Shown: one piece after another, positions 1 through 9,042 of the stretch
How positions within the stretch are numbered: position 1 is the first letter of the stretch
Layout: every line of letters starts with the position of its first letter
Assembly: GCA_051418015.1 (NCBI GenBank)
Contig: JBPRGF010000003.1
Location: 64,001-128,000 of the forward strand
Reading direction: 5' to 3'
Source: Candidatus Nitrospinota bacterium M3_3B_026
Lineage (GTDB): Bacteria; Nitrospinota_A; UBA7883; JBPRGF01
Length of the DNA stretch: 64,000 nucleotides
Program-made: the position numbers and the translations under genes
Notes under the pieces: generated by a model
Databases searched by the model: none
Seen by the model: only the letters and a program-made list of their open reading frames with translations
What the model was told of the DNA's origin: nothing

Positions 1-55
1 GAGGCCGTGGAAGCCTGCCTCTCCTAGTGAAAACCTTCTCTCTCCCCGGCTGCCC

Positions 56-1000
56 ATGACCGCCCGCCCCCTCCGCCTCGGCCTGGCCCTCGGCAGCGGC
101 TCCGCCCGCGGATGGTCCCACATTGGCGTCATCCGCGCGTTGCAGGAAGAAGGGATCGAGCCGGACGTCGTCGCGGGCAGCTCCATCGGCGCCCTCGTGG
201 GGGCGGTATACCTCTCCGGCGGGCTGGACGCTTTCGAAGAATGGCTGCGGGCGCTCACCTGGAAGGAGATTCTGCATTACCTGGACGTGGGGCTTGTGGG
301 CGGCGGGATGATCCAGGGGGACAAGCTGATGAAGATGCTGGGCCGCTATATAAAAGATGTTCGCGTCGAGGACCTTCCAAAACGTCTCGGCGCGGTGGCC
401 ACGGACCTCGGCTCCGGGCGGGAGACGTGGCTCAAGGAGGGTCCGCTGCTTCGCGCCGTGCGGGCCTCCATCGCCATGCCGGGCCTTTTCACCCCCGTGA
501 AGCTTGACGGCCAGTGGCTGGTGGACGGGGGGCTTGTCAACCCCGCGCCGGTGTCGCTGTGCCGGGCGCTGGGGGCGGAGGTGGTGATCGCCGTCAACCT
601 GAACGCCGACATCGTCGGAGGGCGCAGGCCGCGCTTCGCCCCACGGCTCGGCGCGGGCAAAAAGCAGGGTAGGGCGCCGGACCCTGAGACCCTGAGCGGG
701 CTGACTGAACGGCTCAAGAACGACCTGAAGGAGCGGGCCGACGCGTTGCTCGACCAGCTTTTCGCCCCCGAGCGGGACACGCCGGGCCTTTTCGAGACGG
801 CGGCCAAGTCCATCCACATCATGCAAGACCGGATAACCAGAAGCCGCATGGCGGGAGACCCGCCGGAGGTCATCATCGCCCCGCGGCTTTTACAAATCGG
901 GTTGATGGAGTTCGACAGGGCCGAGGAGGCGATAGACGGCGGCATCGAAGCCGCCCGCCGCGCCATGCCGGATATCAAGCAGGCGCTGGGGAGGGGGTGA
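56..1000 (+). CDS. rssA: Patatin-like phospholipase (RssA/NTE family)
   Basis: LALGSGSARG glycine loop, GSSIG nucleophile motif, DGG motif. Confidence 0.88.
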   Translation: MTARPLRLGLALGSGSARGWSHIGVIRALQEEGIEPDVVAGSSIGALVGAVYLSGGLDAFEEWLRALTWKEILHYLDVGLVGGGMIQGDKLMKMLGRYIKDVRVEDLPKRLGAVATDLGSGRETWLKEGPLLRAVRASIAMPGLFTPVKLDGQWLVDGGLVNPAPVSLCRALGAEVVIAVNLNADIVGGRRPRFAPRLGAGKKQGRAPDPETLSGLTERLKNDLKERADALLDQLFAPERDTPGLFETAAKSIHIMQDRITRSRMAGDPPEVIIAPRLLQIGLMEFDRAEEAIDGGIEAARRAMPDIKQALGRG

Positions 1001-1020
1001 TGACAATTTCCCGGACACCA

Positions 1021-1136
1021 GCCCCTTGACGGGGGAGCTTTTTGCCTTATCCTCCCCCTTAGACGGGGGAGGACGCAGGTGGGGGTGTAATATTAATACC
1101 CCCTCCCCTTGATCCCCTCCCGCCAGGGGAGGGGAA
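1021..1136. repeat. Palindromic intergenic repeat, family A (CCCCTCCC...GGGAGGGG hairpins)
   Basis: cctcccccttagacgggggagg and cccctcccgccaggggagggg hairpins; similar copies elsewhere in window. Confidence 0.7.
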
Positions 1137-1143
1137 ATTATTT

Positions 1144-1172
1144 TGTTATGCCGGACTTGATCCGGCATGACA
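1144..1172. repeat. Palindromic repeat, family B (TGTCAT...ATGACA type)
   Basis: tgttatgccggacttgatccggcatgaca hairpin. Confidence 0.65.
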
Positions 1173-1185
1173 CTGGAAAGAAACA

Positions 1186-1208
1186 AAACGTCAAAATACA
1201 AGACCTGG
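1186..1208. repeat. Left inverted repeat of AT-rich two-gene cassette
   Basis: aaacgtcaaaatacaagacctgg; 20/23 identical to reverse complement of 2256-2278. Confidence 0.75.
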
Positions 1209-1231
1209 GCGGGATTTCTTTTTTGGCCTAC

Positions 1232-1591
1232 TTACTTAGAATATTTTTGCCCATTGGTGGAAACCAAATACAGAGTCTCACTGTATGGCAAACGTAAATA
1301 TATCGTCGCTTTTTCGCCTATTGCGCCCAATACCATTCCACGGCACAGTAAATTAACACCTCCTTGGATCCTTTTGCACATGGCATCAGGACTATCGATA
1401 AAATTGGTTTTGTTTAGACGAGAAATAATTAATGTTTTACCTTCAGGGACAGCACCAATTGGCGGAATTGTAAATATTGTTAACTGTGTATATGTAATTA
1501 AAAAAAGTGGGAACAAAAGGAAGAGCAGTAACAAGAAAAATCCTCTTTTAGGTCTCGTTTTCGATTCCTCCTTTTTATCCATAATGGTCAA
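1232..1591 (-). CDS. Hypothetical membrane-anchored protein, AT-rich
   Basis: 119-aa ORF, N-terminal hydrophobic segment, start overlaps upstream stop. Confidence 0.75.
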   Translation of the reverse strand: MTIMDKKEESKTRPKRGFFLLLLFLLFPLFLITYTQLTIFTIPPIGAVPEGKTLIISRLNKTNFIDSPDAMCKRIQGGVNLLCRGMVLGAIGEKATIYLRLPYSETLYLVSTNGQKYSK

Positions 1592-2226
1592 CGCTTTTCT
1601 ATACAGTAAACAACCATATTATAGTCATAGGTTTTAAATTTTTCCTTTTCCCATTCATTCATACAGTAATTGATAATATTTTCAATCCCTCTTCCATTAG
1701 GTGATACAGATAAAGTTCCGTCCTTCACCAATCCTGCCTCCTTGGCTATCGCGAACAGTTTTCTAATACCTTCAAATTGTTTCTTTTCGCAGTGGCCTCT
1801 CATTTGATAATCATCTGGCCATTCATTAGCACAATAAGCCTCGATCCCGGTTTTTTTTGATTTGGAACCTTCTACTTTGCTATAAGCTTCAAATTGTTTT
1901 TTTATGCAGTGAACGACCATTCTGTAATCGTATGTATTAAATCTATGTTTTTTCCACTCATTCATGCAGCGATTAATAATTCTTTCATGGTCTCCCCCTG
2001 TTGATGAGGTAGAAAGAGTATTATCCTTAACAAGCCCGTGTTTTTCTGCAATAGAAAAAAGTTCTCTTTGCCCTTTATATTGATTATCCTCACAATATTG
2101 ACGCATCCTGAAATCCTCTTGCCATTCATCAGCGCAGTATTCTTCCACTCCGGCTGAAGCTTGATTTAAAGAAAGAAAAAATACTCCGAATACAAAAAAC
2201 GATAACTTTGCACCCAACTTAAGCAT
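1588..2226 (-). CDS. Hypothetical secreted Cys-rich repeat protein, AT-rich
   Basis: ATG at 2226 after GGGGAGG RBS; signal peptide ending ASA; duplicated ~90-aa unit with CxxEW...M..[YH]C motifs. Confidence 0.8.
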   Translation of the reverse strand: MLKLGAKLSFFVFGVFFLSLNQASAGVEEYCADEWQEDFRMRQYCEDNQYKGQRELFSIAEKHGLVKDNTLSTSSTGGDHERIINRCMNEWKKHRFNTYDYRMVVHCIKKQFEAYSKVEGSKSKKTGIEAYCANEWPDDYQMRGHCEKKQFEGIRKLFAIAKEAGLVKDGTLSVSPNGRGIENIINYCMNEWEKEKFKTYDYNMVVYCIEKR

Positions 2227-2255
2227 AGAATTTTCCTCCCCCAAACCGTGTGGCG

Positions 2256-2278
2256 CCAGGTCTTGCGTTTCGACGTTT
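2256..2278. repeat. Right inverted repeat of AT-rich two-gene cassette
   Basis: ccaggtcttgcgtttcgacgttt. Confidence 0.75.
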
Positions 2279-2519
2279 CGCGCTCTTTCTTTTCCTCTTC
2301 GATACTCAGTGAAGGCGCCGCCAGCCTGCCCCGTCCGCGCCTCGGCGTGTCCTCTCATAAATTCCCGCCCCGTGAAGTATAATATAATATGCTCTAAATA
2401 CCCTTATTCGCTACGGCTGTCAAGGGGACGGTGGCTCTGCTTTATCCTGAAACAGGAAATCAAGGCTCTTCACTTCGCCCTCGGCTCGTCCAGAACGGCA
2501 AAATGAGAATCTCTTGCGC

Positions 2520-2590
2520 TGTCATGCTGAACTCGTTTCAGCATCTCAGGCCACGGAACCCGAGACCCTGAAACAAGTTCAGGGCGGCAC
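2520..2590. repeat. Palindromic repeat, family B
   Basis: gtcatgctgaactcgtttcagcatc...ccctgaaacaagttcaggg double hairpin. Confidence 0.65.
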
Positions 2591-2715
2591 AAAGCGGCGC
2601 CGATGCCCGTCCCCGCCGTCCTGAGGCGCCAGGCGAAGGACCTTGCCTTTTAAAAACCCCAACCAAACCGCTGGCGGCCTATCGCTCATCGGTTTAAAAT
2701 CCTCTGCAAGAACTG

Positions 2716-3363
2716 ATGAAAAATTTCTCCGATATAGACGTCTACCCGGTCACGAACAGGGCGCTGTACGGCGCAAGGTCCGACGAACAGGTCATAGCCG
2801 CGCTGGCGGCGGGGGGGGCGAGGATCGTCCAGCTGCGGGAGAAGAACGTCTCCGACCGGGAGTTTTACGACCTGGCCGCGCTCTACCGGCGTGAGACGGC
2901 GCGGCATGACATGATGCTCATCATCAACGACCGGCCGGACATCGCCCTGGCCGTGGGGGCCGACGGGGTGCACCTAGGCCGCGACGACATGCCAATCGAG
3001 GCGGCGCGGCGGATCATGGGGCCGGACCTCATCATCGGCGCCTCCACCCACAGCGTGGCGCAGGCGCTGGAGGCGGAGGGGGAGGGGGCGTCGTATGTCA
3101 ACATCGGGCCGCTGTTCCCCACGCCGACCAAGCCGGACGCGAAGACGATCGGCCTCGATCCCGTCCGCGAGGCGGCGGCGAAACTCAAGATACCTTTCAC
3201 CGTAATGGGCGGGATAACCGAAGAGAATATCGATGATGTTCTGGCCGCGGGCGCCCGCAGGATCGGGGTCATAACCGCCATCCTCGGCGCGGAGGATATC
3301 GCCGGGGCCACCGCCCGCCTCGTGAAGCGGATACGCGGCGCCGCCATGCCGAGCGGAAAGTAG
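2716..3363 (+). CDS. thiE: Thiamine-phosphate synthase
   Basis: VQLREK, IINDR, ADGVHLG, FPTPTK motifs. Confidence 0.93.
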   Translation: MKNFSDIDVYPVTNRALYGARSDEQVIAALAAGGARIVQLREKNVSDREFYDLAALYRRETARHDMMLIINDRPDIALAVGADGVHLGRDDMPIEAARRIMGPDLIIGASTHSVAQALEAEGEGASYVNIGPLFPTPTKPDAKTIGLDPVREAAAKLKIPFTVMGGITEENIDDVLAAGARRIGVITAILGAEDIAGATARLVKRIRGAAMPSGK

Positions 3364-3957
3364 ACCCCTGGGGCGAGTTTTCCAAGGCTCCGCCCGGCGC
3401 GCCTCCCGCGCCCATGTGAAAGCTTACGGCCCGGAGAGGTAGTGGGCGGGCGCTTATTATACATTATCGGCGCTTGGTATTATATAATGCCGAGCCAGCC
3501 ATCCGGGGCGCATCAGGCTCCTGCAGAATAAACACATCGCCCCCCCCGTTTTCGTCATATATCGCCCCAACTAGCGCGAGTATTATATATATTTTGTATA
3601 TATTATAATTGCTATGTAGCGGCGCGTATCCGCTCTGGCTGATGTATATGTTCTGTCCTTCTTTTAAATATCAGGGCGGCTCGATCCTTAAAAAGCCCTC
3701 GGCCCATAAATACCAGCGTTTTCCCCGATCGCGCGGCGTTTTTTCGGGCCTGGGGGCCGACCTTGACGCCTCAGAGCAAGCAAATCGACAAGTAGTATAC
3801 AAAACTGGGGTTATATATAAATAGCATCGCCCAGACCCCTTCGATTTGCTACGCTAAGGAAAAAAATGATCCAGGGATAATTTTCAGTTCTCGGCCAATA
3901 ATGCGCGTGATATTATACTATTGCTTCGTATTTGATAACAGCGACAAGGGGTACCGG

Positions 3958-5094
3958 ATGCGGCGGGCGGATTTTGAGCGGAACAAGCCCGGCAGGCTCG
4001 TAAAGGTAAAGCGGGGGGTCTACGCTTTTTATCCCGACCCTCTCCCTCCCGCCGTCGAGCCGGACTGGCGGACAGCCGCGGCCCTTGGCGAGGCGGAGCG
4101 GGCGCTTGGAGAGCTTCGGGGGGTGGCCCGTCTCGTCCCGGAGCGGCTCGCCTCTTTCCGGGGTCTGCTTGACCGGGCGGAGGCCCTTGTCTCCTCGCGG
4201 ATGGACGGCTCGGGCGCCACGCTCCACGACCTCCTGATATACGAACAGACCGGCGCGGGCTCCCGGGAGGCGGCGGGGGCGGCCCGGCTGCTTGCGGCCT
4301 TGCGGCGCGGCGCCGCCCTTTGCCGCGAGATGCCGCCGAACCTCAGCCTGGCCCAGGACATCCACGAGACCATGGCCGGGGCCGCGTCGCCGGGCGCTTT
4401 CCGGGCCGGTCTGCGGCGCGGGGCTGACGGACACGGCCCCGTGGAGGGCTATATCCCCCCGCCGGAGGGGCAGACCCGGGTGGCCCTGTTCGCCCTCGAC
4501 AGGTTTTTGAAGCGTCCGCCGGACCTGCCCGCCGCCGTCCGCGCCGCCTTTGTCTTCTACCAGTTCAACGCCATACATCCGTTCCATTCCGGCTCCGGGC
4601 CCATCGGCCGCGCCCTGCCGGGCCTGATGCTCTACTCCGAGGGTTTTTTGCCTTTGCCGTCGATCTTTCTGAGCCGCGGGCTGAGGCAGCGTGGGGAAGA
4701 GCTTTCCCGCCATTTCCTCGGCGTCGTCCACTCCGCCCGGTGGGACGAGTGGATACGGTTTTTCCTGGACGTCCTGGCCGGGGGCGCGCGGCAGGCCGCC
4801 TCCCTGGTGGCGGAGCTTCTGGCCCTTCACGAAAGTTATCACAGGCGGCTGGCCGCGGGGCGCGCCTCCCAGGTCCTGCCGCAGCTCGTGGACGAGCTTT
4901 TCATCAACCCGGCGGCGACCACCGCCGGGGCGGCGGAGTTTTTGAGGATCACTTTCCGCGCCGCCCAGCTCAACATCGACAAGCTCGTCGAGATGGGGAT
5001 ACTGGAGGAAGCCACGGGGCGAAAACGCGGCAGGGTCTACATCGCCCGGGAGATAGCGCGCCACGGCGAAGCTTTTGGCGGCGCCCCGGCTTGA
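3958..5094 (+). CDS. Fic family protein with degenerate catalytic motif and C-terminal wHTH
   Basis: N-terminal 'AF.PDPLPP', HPFHSGSGPIGR in place of HPFxDGNGRxxR, C-terminal ILEEATGRKRGRVY; start at ATG 3958 inferred. Confidence 0.82.
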   Translation: MRRADFERNKPGRLVKVKRGVYAFYPDPLPPAVEPDWRTAAALGEAERALGELRGVARLVPERLASFRGLLDRAEALVSSRMDGSGATLHDLLIYEQTGAGSREAAGAARLLAALRRGAALCREMPPNLSLAQDIHETMAGAASPGAFRAGLRRGADGHGPVEGYIPPPEGQTRVALFALDRFLKRPPDLPAAVRAAFVFYQFNAIHPFHSGSGPIGRALPGLMLYSEGFLPLPSIFLSRGLRQRGEELSRHFLGVVHSARWDEWIRFFLDVLAGGARQAASLVAELLALHESYHRRLAAGRASQVLPQLVDELFINPAATTAGAAEFLRITFRAAQLNIDKLVEMGILEEATGRKRGRVYIAREIARHGEAFGGAPA

Positions 5095-5116
5095 GAGCAG
5101 GCCAGGGTCTTTTCCT

Positions 5117-5962
5117 TCAGGACGCGAGCGAGCAGACGGGCGCGAGGCCGCACCGGCGGCATTTCGAGATGTCCGGGCGGCTGACGCAATAGCCGAGCTT
5201 GCCGTAGGAGCAGATGGCGAAGTCGTACTTTACGGGATCGTCCGGGTCCATCCGGCGCAAAAAATCCGTAAGCTCCACGGCCGCTTTCCAGTCGTTCGAC
5301 CTTCGTTTCAGCATCCCAAGGAGCCTTGCTATCCGCCCGACGTGCGTGTCCAGCGGGATAACCAGCCGCGGCCTCGCCACCCGCCCGCTCCACGGCCCAG
5401 GGTCCACCCCGTCCCGGCGGACCATCCAGCGCAGGTAGAGGTTCCACCGTTTCGCCGCGGAGCCTTCCGCCGGGTCGGCCAGCAGCGACCGGAAGGCGGG
5501 AGTGTTCCGGCCGGAAAGTTTTCTGAGCGTCCTCGCCATCCCCGAAAGGCCCGGCAGGATGTCGCCGGCGCAAGGGTCGTCGAAGGCGAGAAAAAGGTCC
5601 GCCAGCGAGCCGTACCGGCGTCTTGCCTTCCCCACGGCGCCGGCAAGGGCCACGAGGTCCGCCCGCCGGTGGAAACGGTACGAAAACCCCTTCATCCACG
5701 CCCGGCTCGCGGACGGTTTGAAGTCATCGACGAACCCCGCGGGCGAAGGGCCCATCGAGGCGAGTATCCGGGCGGCGTTTTTCTGGATCAGGTCCGCCCT
5801 GCCGTAGGCGAACAGCGCGGCGAAAAGCAGCGCCACCTCCAGGTCCGCCCCATCTTTGTATCCATCCGCCGCCGCGAGAGGGTCCGGCTCCAGGTGTGAG
5901 CGGTCGAATTTTTCGAGCAGCCCGTCGAGATATGGTTTAAGGCTGGCGGGGCTGTTGTTCAT
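5117..5962 (-). CDS. TIGR02757 family (HhH-GPD-like) protein
   Basis: KRWNLYLRWMVR, IPLDTHV, DPDDPVKYDFA, C-terminal 4-Cys cluster. Confidence 0.88.
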   Translation of the reverse strand: MNNSPASLKPYLDGLLEKFDRSHLEPDPLAAADGYKDGADLEVALLFAALFAYGRADLIQKNAARILASMGPSPAGFVDDFKPSASRAWMKGFSYRFHRRADLVALAGAVGKARRRYGSLADLFLAFDDPCAGDILPGLSGMARTLRKLSGRNTPAFRSLLADPAEGSAAKRWNLYLRWMVRRDGVDPGPWSGRVARPRLVIPLDTHVGRIARLLGMLKRRSNDWKAAVELTDFLRRMDPDDPVKYDFAICSYGKLGYCVSRPDISKCRRCGLAPVCSLAS

Positions 5963-6014
5963 GGAGCGGGCGCGGTTCCCCGGGCGCGGGCCGGTTCGCC
6001 GCCCCGAATGTACG

Positions 6015-6178
6015 GGATTCTTCGGTTCCGCCTCAGAATGATACCGCTCTCTTGCCGTGTCATAGTGAAGAGCCTCGCATCGGACGTAACAACGAGATTC
6101 TTCGCCGGAAGGCTCAGAACGACACTGGTTTTTTACGGTGTCATGCCGGGCCAGCGGTGAAACGGCTCAGTGTGACAA
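6015..6178. repeat. Cluster of family B palindromic repeats
   Basis: gattcttcggttccgcctcagaatga; tgtcat...gagattcttcgccggaaggctcagaacgaca. Confidence 0.65.
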
Positions 6179-6205
6179 CCGGAAACAGTTTTTTTCAACA
6201 GCCCG

Positions 6206-6592
6206 TCAACCCTGCCCGGCCCCGGCCTCTTCGCTCCCCGCCTCAGCCCCGGCGGCCTGTTCGCCGGACGACGCTTCCTCCGCGGCCCCGGCGGCCTGTT
6301 CGGCCTGCTTTTTCGCTTCAGCCTCCACGGACGCCTCCTCGGCTGCTTTTTTCTTTGTCTCGGCCTCTTTGGCCTTTTCCAGGTTTTTCAGGCGGCTGGC
6401 CTCCATCTTCTCTTTCTTTTCGGAGGCGGTCTTCTGCGTCTTCAGCCGCCGCTGGAGCCTTTTGACCTTTTTTCTCGCCCTGCGCAGGGCTGTGCGCTGC
6501 TCCTCGGTCAGCTCCTCCTCGCCGCTTGCGCCACTGGCGGAGACGAGGCTCTCCATGGCTTTCTCGAGCTTTTCCTGTGTTCCTTTAACCAT
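6206..6592 (-). CDS. Hypothetical Lys/Glu/Ala-rich coiled-coil protein
   Basis: GGGAG RBS before ATG 6592; basic helix RRARKKVKRLQRR, low-complexity tail. Confidence 0.7.
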   Translation of the reverse strand: MVKGTQEKLEKAMESLVSASGASGEEELTEEQRTALRRARKKVKRLQRRLKTQKTASEKKEKMEASRLKNLEKAKEAETKKKAAEEASVEAEAKKQAEQAAGAAEEASSGEQAAGAEAGSEEAGAGQG

Positions 6593-6700
6593 TATCTCCC
6601 AGACCAAAAAGTTTTTGACATGCCGTTAGTGGTTATGGAGATAATAATGGTATCATTGTCCGCCGGAAAGGCAACGATTAAAATCCATTCACCAGGACAG

Positions 6701-6937
6701 ATGCCGATATACGAGTTTCGTTGCGAAGACTGCGGCGCCGGGTTCGAAACGCTGGTCCTTTCGGCGGCGGACGCCGGGAAGGCCGCCTGCCCGGAATGCG
6801 GCGGCGTCCGGCTGGAAAAGCTTTTTTCAGTCTTCTCCCCCTCCATGCCCTCGGCCGCCACGCCGAGATGCGAGACCACCGGGAGCTGCCGGACACCGAA
6901 CCTGCCCGGCTGCCGGAGCGGGGCGTGCGGGCTCTGA
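6701..6937 (+). CDS. FmdB family zinc-ribbon protein
   Basis: MPIYEFRCEDC...CPECG signature. Confidence 0.9.
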   Translation: MPIYEFRCEDCGAGFETLVLSAADAGKAACPECGGVRLEKLFSVFSPSMPSAATPRCETTGSCRTPNLPGCRSGACGL

Positions 6938-6971
6938 CCGATCGGCGGCAAACAGAGGAATCAGCCGGAAT

Positions 6972-7310
6972 ATGAGCGAGCTTGACAAGATAAACACAGA
7001 GATGCGGCTCTCCGCGATCAGGGCCGTCCTGCGCAACCATCCCGAGGTTCTGAAGGAGATAATCGCGCCGGACGGCCAGGGGATAAACCTCAAGGCCACG
7101 CCGGACGAGCTGGACATGATCGAGCCGATGGATATACTCGTCCGCGTGGCCTGGGATATCTGGAACGGGACCGGCGAGACGGAGTTCGACAAGGTGCTGG
7201 ACCAGCTGCCGCCGGAGGATTTCGAGGCGTTCATCGACGCCATGAAGGGGTTCGCCGAGCTGCGGCGCAGGATATGGAGCTCGTACGCCACGGGGGCGGA
7301 AAACGACTGA
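6972..7310 (+). CDS. Hypothetical protein
   Basis: 112-aa ORF with host-like GC3 codon bias. Confidence 0.75.
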   Translation: MSELDKINTEMRLSAIRAVLRNHPEVLKEIIAPDGQGINLKATPDELDMIEPMDILVRVAWDIWNGTGETEFDKVLDQLPPEDFEAFIDAMKGFAELRRRIWSSYATGAEND

Positions 7311-7320
7311 CTCCTTTCGA

Positions 7321-7371
7321 TTGTCATTCGGGCAAAGCGAGGCATGACATTGCGCCGGCACGGAATGACAA
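7321..7371. repeat. Palindromic repeat, family B
   Basis: ttgtcattc...gaatgacaa termini. Confidence 0.6.
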
Positions 7372-7554
7372 TGAGCAAAGACGGGGCATGAAAATTATTC
7401 TCGAACGATCCGAGACAGGCTCCGATCCGTTCTGGACAAGTGTCCTTTTCGGACGGCTGCCTGTTGAATTAGAATATGTTTAACGGCAAGAGGTAGATGT
7501 TTTTACCGCTTATTTTATAACGGATCGTTCCAACAAGCGGAGACCGTTTGAAAA

Positions 7555-8982
7555 ATGGCGGCCAAGTCAGACTCCGGCGTTTCCGGTAAGGCTTCAGGCA
7601 GGCGCGGCGGCGCCCTGAGCGAGTATGGGGTCAGCATGATGGCCCGGATGCCGGAGTTTCATTATCTTACCAAGACCGAGGTGGAGGACCTGACCAGGCT
7701 CGGCCCGCAGGTATACAAGCCCGGCGAGGCCATCCTCGAGTCGGGCGAGAAAAACAGGATGCTCGTGATCCTTCTTGCCGGAATATGCAGGATAGAGTAC
7801 CCCGTGGTGATGGACGGCGAGAGGAGGTGGGTCTGCGTCGAGCGGGTTCACGCCCCCGCCGTTCTGGGCGAAGTGAGCATCTTCGCCACCCGGCCGCGCT
7901 CGGCCACGGTGATAACGGACAAGAAGTCGGTGGCGATCATGGTCTCCTCCAAGGCTCTGCGGGACCGGCTCGAAGGGTCCGGGGCCACGCTGCCGCGGAT
8001 GTTCTGGAGCTTCGCCCGGCTGGGGCTCGCCAGGATCAGGAACGGCGCCGGTCGGCTCGAGCAGCTTCTCGAAAAACACCTGGGACGAAACGCGGCCGGG
8101 CGGCCGGATTATGAGACCGGGATTCTCCGCCTGGAAAAGGTCATAGGCCCCACCGCCGAAAAATCCAACGTGGATGAGGAGACCTTCGACCAGATCAGCG
8201 TTCTGCTGGAGAGGGTGGACGGCGACCTCGGCTTCGTGAGCTATCTCGACCAGATGAGCGACGGGGGATTCCCCGCCGCCGCGAATATCCCCGGCCCCGG
8301 AAAGTCCGCCCTGCCGCCCCTGGCCGCCGCCGCGCTTGAAAAGATGGCAGGTGGGGCATCGTCGATCAAGGAGAAAGTGGCGCAGGCCGCCGCGGACAAC
8401 CCCGGCCTCCTGCCCGGCGGCTGGATGGAGACCGTGCTGGAGTTCATCCGCGCCGTGGACGAAATCCACCGCCTGGCCCCGCTGGTCTACGAGGCGCGCA
8501 CGAAACGGAGCGCCCAGCCGGGGTCGGAGGAGATGATCGAGGGCTTCGCGGACAGGATCGAAAGGGAGCTGGACTCCCTCGAGGACGAGACCATGGAGCG
8601 GTTCGGGATCGAGAGCCTCGAAAAACTTCTCTCCGACAAGGAGGCCGCCGGGAGGCTGGACGGCTTCCTCAGCAGGCGGGTGAAGAAAATCAAGGCGAGG
8701 GTGTCCGTGGAGGATTTCGAGGCGGGCTCTCTGCTGGACGACTATCATCAGCCGGGCGAGGATATCCGCAACAGGGCGGCGATGGAGATTTTCAACAGGC
8801 TCAGCAGCCACCCGGTGATGAGCGTGATAATGGCCGGCTCCTGCCGGAGGGACAGAGGCTGCGCGGACAGAGGAGCGGGCGGGGGCGGATCGCTCCTGGA
8901 CTTTTTCTGCCTGGGATGCCGTCTGGCCTACCCGGACGCGGGCGAAAGGGACGCGGAAAGCAGAACACCCTATCCCGTCTGA
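7555..8982 (+). CDS. Cyclic nucleotide-binding domain protein with unknown C-terminal region
   Basis: YKPGEAIL..G, LGEVSIF..RPRSATV cNMP signature. Confidence 0.8.
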   Translation: MAAKSDSGVSGKASGRRGGALSEYGVSMMARMPEFHYLTKTEVEDLTRLGPQVYKPGEAILESGEKNRMLVILLAGICRIEYPVVMDGERRWVCVERVHAPAVLGEVSIFATRPRSATVITDKKSVAIMVSSKALRDRLEGSGATLPRMFWSFARLGLARIRNGAGRLEQLLEKHLGRNAAGRPDYETGILRLEKVIGPTAEKSNVDEETFDQISVLLERVDGDLGFVSYLDQMSDGGFPAAANIPGPGKSALPPLAAAALEKMAGGASSIKEKVAQAAADNPGLLPGGWMETVLEFIRAVDEIHRLAPLVYEARTKRSAQPGSEEMIEGFADRIERELDSLEDETMERFGIESLEKLLSDKEAAGRLDGFLSRRVKKIKARVSVEDFEAGSLLDDYHQPGEDIRNRAAMEIFNRLSSHPVMSVIMAGSCRRDRGCADRGAGGGGSLLDFFCLGCRLAYPDAGERDAESRTPYPV

Positions 8983-9042
8983 GGGGGACTATCTCAAACA
9001 GGGTTCTCGCGGGTTGCGCGGCGCTTTATGGGGAGCGGGAAA

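Noticed and set aside
1172..2300. Integron cassette array
   Set aside because: No attC RYYYAAC...GTTRRRY structure or integron integrase; the boundaries are inverted repeats instead.
2359..2715. TPP riboswitch upstream of thiE (also checked before thiD)
   Set aside because: No recognisable TPP aptamer core; the hairpins present belong to the dispersed repeat family.
3449..3475. dif-like sequence (minus strand GCGCCGATAA-TGTATA-ATAAG)
   Set aside because: Only one arm and the spacer resemble dif; the XerD arm TTATGTTAAAT is absent and the site is near the origin.
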